Positions 20,460-28,297 of a stretch of 64,000 nt of DNA are shown in pieces (within the stretch, counting starts at the first letter, position 1; each line of letters starts with the position of its first letter). Below the pieces are notes generated by a model, which made no database searches, was not told the DNA's origin, and worked only from the letters and a program-made list of their open reading frames with translations. The DNA comes from Candidatus Muiribacterium halophilum. GTDB taxonomy: Bacteria; Muiribacteriota; Muiribacteriia; Muiribacteriales; Muiribacteriaceae. The stretch is taken from positions 2,737-66,736 of the forward strand of contig JALOAD010000015.1 of NCBI GenBank assembly GCA_023228995.1. Direction: 5' to 3'. The translations under genes were made by a program, and so were the position numbers.

Positions 20460-20851
20460 GAATTATAGAAAAAACTGTGAAGCTGTGACAGATAAAGCGT
20501 GACATGTCACTTTGTGACATTAGTGACAAAAACAAAGTCATGCCGGGATGACAGGTTTTTAATTTCCAATGTCGAATGTTGAATGTCGAATTTTTAGAGG
20601 CGTTAGAAAATTTTCAATTAAAATAAAGTATGAAGGATTTTCTATAAACAAAAGCAAAAAAAAATCTACTCGGTAACTTGAGTGAACGTTGCGAAGCATA
20701 TAATATACGGATGTATTATAAGTGAACGAAGGTAAAGAGATATTTTATATGGATGTAAAATATCGAATGGTACCGAATGATTATTTTTTTGCGTTATTGT
20801 AATGAAAAAAATCAAAAACAGATCCCGGCTCAGAGTCATGCCGGGATGACA
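20460..20851. repeat. Mosaic hairpin repeat, copy A (module order M4-M3-M1-M2)
   Basis: About 270 bp in four modules nearly identical to 52756-53245; REP/dRS3-like GTCATGCCGGGATGAC at 20537 and 20835. Confidence 0.85.
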
Positions 20852-20854
20852 GGT

Positions 20855-20950
20855 TTTTCCCATTTCCCAGTTTCATCCCGGTTTTATCCCTTCACTCTCT
20901 CGCTCTCACTCTCAACTCTTTAACCTTCTTTTAACCCTTTAACCTTCTTT
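20855..20950. repeat. Run of short tandem repeats (TTTCCCA, TTTYATCCC, CTCTCR, TTTAACC types)
   Basis: Read directly from the sequence just 3' of the PLD stop codon. Confidence 0.6.
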
Positions 20951-20954
20951 ATAT

Positions 20955-22613
20955 TCACTTAACTTCCCCTGGTGTTGGTGAATCATTAACAACCCAGTCA
21001 TTAAGTGAGTTTGTATCAATAAATTCTATTTTTTCAGAAGAACCAAAACCTGTTTTATTATATCTTCTCATTATACTAAAATTACCAGAAGGAACTGCTG
21101 TAGAATCAACACATTCTCTTTCATTCGGAGAATTCCACTCTTTTAAATTATAAACTACTCTTACATCTTCTTCTTCTCCAGGAGAAAAACTGCCATCATG
21201 ATTTGACCAACAAACAGCATCAAGTATTTTTCCGCTACCTTTTGCTTTAAAAATAATTTGCTCATCAGTTGATACAAACGCAGTTTTTTCTGCAAAAACA
21301 TAAAGTTTTTTATTATCAGCTTTTTTAAAGTCTTTATACCAACCCTGTGCTACTACAATAAAATCACCAGTCTTTACAATTGTATCGTCTCCAAACATCT
21401 TAACAAGACCATCGTCTTCAATGTAATATCCGCCAATATCTATACCATTACCATTATTTGCATCGTCAGCACAATATATTTCTACCCAATCACCACTTGG
21501 ATCGTTAAAAACAACTTCAGATATATAAAATGTAGGTTCTTTAATATCAATTTGAGGAATTTCAACAACACTTCCATTTTCAGAATCAAATCCATCACCA
21601 TAACATTTAGCAACTTCATAATAATATTTCATTGCTATTTCATTATTATTTTTTAACACAACAGTACTTTCATCATTTACTTTACCAGCAGCTGATGTCC
21701 AGTTATAAGAACCTGTTATTACAGTAGGATCACTATTTGTATTAGGATCTATAACCATAAATTTATGATGAAGAAAACCTTTATTAGTGTCTTTTTTTAC
21801 ATTAAGTCCAGCTTCTTTCATTGGCTTATAAGAGCTATAGCTAGAATTACCCTGGAAAGCATCAAAAACACCATATACTTTGACACCACGATTTCTTTTA
21901 TCAATTATAGCATTCATTATATCTTCATCAGTAAACGTAAATATACAAAAATAAATACTATGATGTGCATTTTGTATTTCATTAATAATAACGGATTTTA
22001 CATCCTGTTTAGGAGAAAAATAGTTTTTAACCTTAGTATCATCAACAATTATTTCAGGATGATCATAAGCTTCTTTTTTTATGCTAAATTTACCTTCATC
22101 AAACATTTGTTCGAATTCTTTTTTGTATATTTTTGCCATAATTGGAGAATCAAATTTAAGAGCATTATTATTATTTGAATAAGTACCTTTAACAGTAACA
22201 TTATAAGAACCCATCCAAACATATCTATCATCAATTATTACAAATTTGTTATGGCATTGTCCTCTATCGATTCCATCACCCATTTTATCTGTCATTATTT
22301 TAATACCAGCATTTTTAATTGGTTCAAAAACTTCTTTATATTTATCTGTTTGAAAATAATGATCTTCGGTAATAAGTTTTACTTTTGACGAACCTAGTCT
22401 TTCTGATCCTCTAACAAGCGCATTTACAATATCCATATTACCCATTTGATATAAATGTGCATAAATATAATACTCTGCACTATCTATAAGCTTTATAAGT
22501 TCAACATCAATTCCTCCACTTTCTGGCGGATTATTAAAATAACTATTTATCTTTGCAGCAAAAGTAAATACCACACATAATATTATTACTAAGATTACCA
22601 TGCTTTTTTTCAT
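20955..22613 (-). CDS. Secreted phospholipase D/nuclease-family protein with lamin-tail domain
   Basis: Signal peptide; two HKD motifs (HNKFVIID, HHKFMVID), GSYN twice; LTD motif YISEVVFN..DWVEIY. Confidence 0.85.
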   Translation of the reverse strand: MKKSMVILVIILCVVFTFAAKINSYFNNPPESGGIDVELIKLIDSAEYYIYAHLYQMGNMDIVNALVRGSERLGSSKVKLITEDHYFQTDKYKEVFEPIKNAGIKIMTDKMGDGIDRGQCHNKFVIIDDRYVWMGSYNVTVKGTYSNNNNALKFDSPIMAKIYKKEFEQMFDEGKFSIKKEAYDHPEIIVDDTKVKNYFSPKQDVKSVIINEIQNAHHSIYFCIFTFTDEDIMNAIIDKRNRGVKVYGVFDAFQGNSSYSSYKPMKEAGLNVKKDTNKGFLHHKFMVIDPNTNSDPTVITGSYNWTSAAGKVNDESTVVLKNNNEIAMKYYYEVAKCYGDGFDSENGSVVEIPQIDIKEPTFYISEVVFNDPSGDWVEIYCADDANNGNGIDIGGYYIEDDGLVKMFGDDTIVKTGDFIVVAQGWYKDFKKADNKKLYVFAEKTAFVSTDEQIIFKAKGSGKILDAVCWSNHDGSFSPGEEEDVRVVYNLKEWNSPNERECVDSTAVPSGNFSIMRRYNKTGFGSSEKIEFIDTNSLNDWVVNDSPTPGEVK

Positions 22614-22686
22614 ATATATACTCCTTTACTACTATACTAATTTCTTTAATTATAAGAGGGATTCTTCAGAGTTTCAACAAGTATTT

Positions 22687-24006
22687 TTAATTTATACCGG
22701 AAAGCTTGAGAATTATGCTTCCAATATCTGTATTATCATGAAACCCTCTGAAAAATTCAGAATGTTTTCCCATAGCCCAAACAGGAGTAACTGTAGAAGT
22801 TCTTCTATTATACATTTCAGGCGAAAGAGTGTTTATACCAGCTCTTTTACATAATACATTTGATACTGTTCTTCTAAAATGTTTTGTATTCATTGAACTT
22901 TGAACTAAATTATATTCACTTTTTGACAAATTTACGCCAGAATATACAGCAACTATCTCCTCTGCATTTGTTCCGGCAGAATTTATCTTTGAAGTCATAT
23001 CAAGTATAGATACTTTTAATGTATCAAATACAATAGGATTAAAATCAGCTGTTACGTATAAACCACCACAATCAAAACCAGAAAGTATCAAAAATAGAGT
23101 GTTTTCATCTTTTTTTATAAATTCTTCAACCATGCCTGTAATTCTATCAATTTGTGCAATTTCCTCAACAGAAGATTTTACATCAAAATCATCAAGAGTT
23201 CGATAAAGATTACTGTTTTCTATAAGAAGAAAAAATCCATTTTTAGATTCAGCTAACATATCAAGAGATTTTTTTACCATTTCAGAAAGCGATATATTAC
23301 TATCTTTTCTATCAATTTCATAAGGAAGATTTTCTTCTGCAAATACTCCAAGCATTTTTTCAGAAAAAGAGAAGTTTCTTAAACCATCTTTTGAATTAAT
23401 AAATCTATATCCAAGTCTCTGAGCTTCTTCAATATAATTTTTCTGATCTGTTCTAACTCCACCTTCAGCTTGAGGAATAAAAACTCTTTCTCCACCGCAC
23501 ATTATAATATCTATATTTCTTTTAAATAAAAAATCAATTATATTATTGATATCTTCAGATGAATCAGCATGAGAATAAAATGGTGCTAATGCTTCAGAAG
23601 ATATTCTACCATCAGTTACTATTGCTGTCTTTCTATCTATAACACCCATTCTTTCAAAAAGATTACTTTTAACCTTTCCATTTGGAAGAACTGATACTTT
23701 TCCATTATCTGTCTTAAAACCTGTTGACAAAGCTGTTGAATTTGCAGCCGAGTCGGAAACCCAAAAATCTGCACTGTGATTTGTCATATAGCCAGTATTA
23801 TCTATTTTATCAATATTAAGAGAACCATAAGGACCTGCTTTAAAAATTCTTGCTATGGTCTTGTTATTAAGACTTAAACCATCGGCTAGAAGAACTATTA
23901 TATTTTTTACCGGTGTTATGGTCGATACTTTATTTTCTATTTCTGTATCTATTGCAAATATTACAAAACTATAAATAACAATAAAGCAAATTATAAGTTT
24001 TTTCAT
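22687..24006 (-). CDS. Alkaline phosphatase-fold protein lacking most Zn ligands
   Basis: KNIIVLLADG, SDSAANSTALSTG, DIIMCGG, GFFLLIE, FRGFHDNTDIG; start at 24006 overlaps the ribF stop (ATGA). Confidence 0.8.
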   Translation of the reverse strand: MKKLIICFIVIYSFVIFAIDTEIENKVSTITPVKNIIVLLADGLSLNNKTIARIFKAGPYGSLNIDKIDNTGYMTNHSADFWVSDSAANSTALSTGFKTDNGKVSVLPNGKVKSNLFERMGVIDRKTAIVTDGRISSEALAPFYSHADSSEDINNIIDFLFKRNIDIIMCGGERVFIPQAEGGVRTDQKNYIEEAQRLGYRFINSKDGLRNFSFSEKMLGVFAEENLPYEIDRKDSNISLSEMVKKSLDMLAESKNGFFLLIENSNLYRTLDDFDVKSSVEEIAQIDRITGMVEEFIKKDENTLFLILSGFDCGGLYVTADFNPIVFDTLKVSILDMTSKINSAGTNAEEIVAVYSGVNLSKSEYNLVQSSMNTKHFRRTVSNVLCKRAGINTLSPEMYNRRTSTVTPVWAMGKHSEFFRGFHDNTDIGSIILKLSGIN

Positions 24007-24929
24007 GTATTCTCCCAATTTGTTATTATTTTTTTTGCATTTTCAATATCTTTCATCATATTAATTCTTAATTCATTAAGGTCTTCAAATTTCCTTTCTT
24101 CTCTTAAAAACTCAAGAAATTCTACTTTTATTTTTTTATTATACATATTTTCAAGTTTTTTATCAAAAACATAAGTTTCAATCTTATCATCTTTTTCAAA
24201 ATTTATAGTAGGTGCTCCGCCAATATTAGTTATACTTGAATAAATCTCATTATCAATATGAGTTTTTGTAATATAAACTCCTGGAAAAGGTACCAGTTTT
24301 CCACTTTGATTGTTTTCAATATTTAATGTAGGAACTCCAAGCTGATTGCCTAGCATATTGCCTTTTTTAACAATTCCCTGAACAAAGTAATTATAACCTA
24401 GAAAAAGATTTGCATGTTTTATATTATGTTCTCTAAGATATTGTCTTATTTTTGATGAAGATATTCGATTTCCATTAATCTCAACTGGTTTTATTATAAT
24501 TGCATTTTCTTTAAAATAATCTAAAATATCTTCAGCTTGACCTTTTCTTTGATAACCAAAATTAAAATTTTCACCGACAATTATTCTTTTAGGATTATAA
24601 TTTTTTATTAAAAAAAGAATAAATTCCTTTTTATCCATATTTTTAAAATAATCATCAAAAAAAGGAGATATAATATAATCAACACCAGCATTTTCAATTA
24701 TTTCAAGTTTTTCATCTGGTTCAGTAATATAATAAGTTTTAAGTTTATTTATATAAATAAGAGGATGATTATAAAAAGAAAAAACAACTGAAGGTATATT
24801 ATCAGCTTTTGAAAGCTCTATAAGTTTGTTTAAAAGAAATCTATGTCCTTTATGAACTCCATCAAAATTTCCAATTGCTATATTACATTCTTTAAATAAA
24901 TTTTGTTTTATATTTTTTAAAATACTCAT
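24003..24929 (-). CDS. ribF: Riboflavin kinase/FAD synthetase
   Basis: IGNFDGVHKGH, VGENFNFG, ISSSKIR, LGVPTLN, PGVY, NIGGAPT, IETY, FLREE. Confidence 0.95.
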   Translation of the reverse strand: MSILKNIKQNLFKECNIAIGNFDGVHKGHRFLLNKLIELSKADNIPSVVFSFYNHPLIYINKLKTYYITEPDEKLEIIENAGVDYIISPFFDDYFKNMDKKEFILFLIKNYNPKRIIVGENFNFGYQRKGQAEDILDYFKENAIIIKPVEINGNRISSSKIRQYLREHNIKHANLFLGYNYFVQGIVKKGNMLGNQLGVPTLNIENNQSGKLVPFPGVYITKTHIDNEIYSSITNIGGAPTINFEKDDKIETYVFDKKLENMYNKKIKVEFLEFLREERKFEDLNELRINMMKDIENAKKIITNWENT

Positions 24930-25792
24930 ATAAGCATTATATCCGGCTTTAAAAACTCTCCCTCAGTTTTATATATTGCAAGTAATCTACCAGTTCCTAT
25001 CTCTAATATTTTTATTTTTTCATCATTATTGAATTTTTCTTTATTTCTTATAAAAACACCATTACTTAATCTCTCTGTATCAGAATAATATAAACATGGA
25101 AGATCAATATATTTTGAAGGGTCAATAATATTATTTTTTATATCTTCAATAGTATTAATATTTTGAAGTTCTTTTGAATCATCAATTAAAAAATCACCAG
25201 TACTTGTTCTTGTAAGAGCTGAAAGACAGCTTGGAATATTAAAATGTTCTCCTATATCTCTTGCAATACTTCTTATATAAGTACCTTTTGAACATTCAAC
25301 TTCAATTATTATATCAGGGGATAAAGTATCAATAAGTTTTATAGAATAAATATGTACTTTAACAGGTTTAAGTTTTGGTTTTAATCCGCTTCTTTGAAGT
25401 TCATAAGCTCTTTTTCCGTTTATTTTTTTAGCAGATATGTCAGGAGGAAGTTGCATTATACTACCTGTTATGCTTTTTAGATATTTTTTTATACTCTGAT
25501 TATCAGGAAATACAAAATCTTCTTTAACTTCAAATTTTTCTCCTGTAATATCAAGTGAATCTGTGGAAAAACCAAAAGTAATCCTACCAATATAACTTTT
25601 TTTTCCTGTCATAAAAAAATCAGCTAATTTTGTAGTCTTCCCTAACATTACAAGCAAAACACCTTTTGCCATAGGATCAAGCGTACCAAGATATCCAATT
25701 TTAAATTTTTTTGGAAGAATTTTTTTAAGTTTTCTAATAACATCAAATGAACTTATTCCACGAGGTTTATTTATATTAAGAAGTCCAAACAT
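24926..25792 (-). CDS. truB: tRNA pseudouridine(55) synthase
   Basis: NKPRGISSFD, GYLGTLDPMAKGVL, SAKKING, CSKGTYIRSIARDIG. Confidence 0.95.
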   Translation of the reverse strand: MFGLLNINKPRGISSFDVIRKLKKILPKKFKIGYLGTLDPMAKGVLLVMLGKTTKLADFFMTGKKSYIGRITFGFSTDSLDITGEKFEVKEDFVFPDNQSIKKYLKSITGSIMQLPPDISAKKINGKRAYELQRSGLKPKLKPVKVHIYSIKLIDTLSPDIIIEVECSKGTYIRSIARDIGEHFNIPSCLSALTRTSTGDFLIDDSKELQNINTIEDIKNNIIDPSKYIDLPCLYYSDTERLSNGVFIRNKEKFNNDEKIKILEIGTGRLLAIYKTEGEFLKPDIMLI

Positions 25793-25793
25793 T

Positions 25794-26993
25794 TTAAAAT
25801 TTCATAACGACAAGAGAAACATCATCGTCAATATCCTTTTTTCTGAAATCATAATATTCTTCAAAAATTTTTTCCATTATAAATTCAGGTTCAAGCTTTG
25901 TATGAGATACAACTACATTTTCAAATCTTTCTTTTTCATTAATATAATTATCTCTGCTTGAATTATACTCAATTGCTCCATCTGAATATAAAACAAGAAC
26001 ATCACCCTCTTTCCAATTACATTTTTCAACAGTAAATTCCTCATTATTAAACGAACCAAGGAAAATACCGCCAGACTTAAGATTATTAACCTTTTTATCA
26101 CTTATTAAAAAAGGATAATTATGTCCAGCATTCACATACTGTATTTCTCTTTTTTTTGTATTAAATATTCCTGTAAATAATGTAATAAAAGTTGTTTCAT
26201 TACCAATTTCTTTATAAAGCATTTTATTAAGGTCTTTTACAAAATCACTTACTTTAAAATCTATTCCTCTATCTAAATATGCACTTATAAGAGAATGTAC
26301 AATAACCATTGTCATAGAAGCATAAATACCTTTACCTGATACATCTCCTATACAAAACATAAAATTATCATTGTCAATAGGAAAAATCTTAAAATAATCT
26401 CCACCAACTTCAAATGCAGTTCTATAAAAAGAATACATCTTTATATTTTTATAATTATCAAGAGAACACACTATTTTTTCTTGAAATTTTCTCGCTAGAT
26501 CCATTTCTCTACTAATTTTTTCCATTTGAACTATATTTTTATGAAATCTGATATTTTCAATAGCATGACCAATTTGAGTAGAAAGAATTTCCATAAGATT
26601 TTTTTCATTTTCAGTAAACGGCTGTTTATTATTTCTTTCTGTAACATTAATTATTCCAAGTGCTCTATTATCATTTATAATAGGAACACACATAAAATTT
26701 CTTTCTTGATCTATTACCGAACATAATGAATTAAGTACTTTTTGAGTAACCGAACCAGCTTTTTTAATCTTTTCATTTTCAATAAAACCAGATGTATCAA
26801 AACCTTTTCCAAGCTTTATAAAAGGGATATTTTTATCATCGAGTAAAACTATAGAACATCTTGAACAATTCATTATTTTAAGAATTTTTTCTATTACTAT
26901 ACGAAGAAGTGCATCAAAATTAAATACAGTAGCAACTGACGCACTTATTTCCTGTAAAAATTTAAGTCTATCAAGTTCATTATTATCTGCCAT
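25794..26993 (-). CDS. GAF-PP2C (RsbU/SpoIIE-like) serine phosphatase
   Basis: GAF (CVPI..LGIINV..FTENE), VGGDYF, GDVSGKG, VNAGHNYP, YSDG, DDDVS. Confidence 0.9.
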   Translation of the reverse strand: MADNNELDRLKFLQEISASVATVFNFDALLRIVIEKILKIMNCSRCSIVLLDDKNIPFIKLGKGFDTSGFIENEKIKKAGSVTQKVLNSLCSVIDQERNFMCVPIINDNRALGIINVTERNNKQPFTENEKNLMEILSTQIGHAIENIRFHKNIVQMEKISREMDLARKFQEKIVCSLDNYKNIKMYSFYRTAFEVGGDYFKIFPIDNDNFMFCIGDVSGKGIYASMTMVIVHSLISAYLDRGIDFKVSDFVKDLNKMLYKEIGNETTFITLFTGIFNTKKREIQYVNAGHNYPFLISDKKVNNLKSGGIFLGSFNNEEFTVEKCNWKEGDVLVLYSDGAIEYNSSRDNYINEKERFENVVVSHTKLEPEFIMEKIFEEYYDFRKKDIDDDVSLVVMKF

Positions 26994-27951
26994 TTAAATT
27001 AATCTCTTTAATAACATTTAATATTTTTTTAATATTATCAAGTGTATTGCCTTTTACATTAAATCCAGCTGCGTTTTTATGTCCTCCACCACCAAATCTG
27101 ACAGCAACTTCAGATATATCAGTTTTTTTGGACCTTATACTAACTTTTTGCTGTTCTTTAGAAATTTCCATAAGAACAAAAGCAATATCAATCTCTTTAT
27201 ATATTGTAAACTGATTAACTATCCCATCAGTATCTTCCTGAAAACAATTTGTTTCTTCAAAATCTTCAATAGTTATATAAGAATACATAGCATTATCTAC
27301 TTTTTGCGATCTAGAAAAAGCTTTTTTTATAAGTTCAAACTTTCTTGCAGGAAAAGATCCATAAAGTTTTTCCATAAGCTGAGGGTAATTGACTCCAGTA
27401 GCAATAAGATGTGAAACAGCATCAAAAACATCACTTTTAGTATTTTGATATCTAAAAGCTCCCGTATCTGTAATAATTCCAGTAAGAAGACACAAAGCTA
27501 TGTTAATATCAATATGTTCTAAATAATGCTCTCTAAAAAATTCACATAAAATAAGTGCAGTAGCTGCTTTTTCAGAATCTATTAGATTATGTCTTGCAAA
27601 ACCTGAGTTAGTATGATGATGATCTATACATACTATTTTTTTTCCTCTCAAATCACTTTCCTCGAGACCTATACGGCTTATTTCAGAAATATCAAGAACA
27701 AACAATACATCAAAATCCCGAGCTTCAAAATCATCCAAGTCATAAATATTTTTTGTTTCTGGTAAAAAACTATACACTTCAGGTACTTCATCTCTAAAAA
27801 ATACTTTTGAATTTTTGCCAAGTTTTTTCAACAGAAGATCTAAAGCTATAGAAGAACCTATAGAATCACCATCTGGTCTCATATGAGAAAAAATTGCAAA
27901 ATCTTGATTTTCTTGTATTAATTCATTAATCCTGTTCTGGACGTCTTTCAT
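26983..27951 (-). CDS. nrnA: DHH family oligoribonuclease/pAp phosphatase
   Basis: HMRPDGDSIGS, IDHH, GIITDTG, SIRSK, FGGGGHKNAAG. Confidence 0.9.
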   Translation of the reverse strand: MKDVQNRINELIQENQDFAIFSHMRPDGDSIGSSIALDLLLKKLGKNSKVFFRDEVPEVYSFLPETKNIYDLDDFEARDFDVLFVLDISEISRIGLEESDLRGKKIVCIDHHHTNSGFARHNLIDSEKAATALILCEFFREHYLEHIDINIALCLLTGIITDTGAFRYQNTKSDVFDAVSHLIATGVNYPQLMEKLYGSFPARKFELIKKAFSRSQKVDNAMYSYITIEDFEETNCFQEDTDGIVNQFTIYKEIDIAFVLMEISKEQQKVSIRSKKTDISEVAVRFGGGGHKNAAGFNVKGNTLDNIKKILNVIKEINLNGR

Positions 27952-28294
27952 CGTTTAACCTCTTAAAAAGTCTATTAAGATAATCAACCTGTTCTGGAGA
28001 ATCATCATATATAAAATTTAATTTTGGTGTAAATTTTATCTTTATTCTGCTTGAAAATTCTTTTTGTATAAAACCTCTTGCATTTTCAAATACAGTTTTA
28101 GCCTGTTCTTTTTCTTCATCTGTTAAAGAATATATACTATAATATACTTTTGCATTTCGCATATCAGGAGAAATATCAACAGAAGTTATTGTAACAAAAG
28201 ACATTCTAGGATCTCCCATTCTTGTCTCAAGAATGTTAACAATAATATTCATTATATCTTGATTTGATCTTTTTAATTTCCATTCAAGCGACAT
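27926..28294 (-). CDS. rbfA: 30S ribosome-binding factor A
   Basis: DPRMSFVTITSVDISPDMRNAKVY, GFIQKE, PKLNFIYD; follows infB. Confidence 0.92.
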   Translation of the reverse strand: MSLEWKLKRSNQDIMNIIVNILETRMGDPRMSFVTITSVDISPDMRNAKVYYSIYSLTDEEKEQAKTVFENARGFIQKEFSSRIKIKFTPKLNFIYDDSPEQVDYLNRLFKRLNDERRPEQD

Positions 28295-28297
28295 ATA

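Noticed and set aside
20476-20553. Pho box or CRP/FNR site
   Set aside because: GTGACA spacing is 14, 15 and 9 nt, not 11; the palindrome has a 4-nt rather than 6-nt core
20695-20725. dif/Xer or loxP-like site in module M1
   Set aside because: TATAA and TTATA arms are 12 nt apart rather than 6-8 and there is no TTATGTTAAAT-like XerD arm
20460-20851. Integron attC cassette or group II intron remnant
   Set aside because: No RYYYAAC/GTTRRRY pair flanking a cassette, no integrase, no domain V consensus
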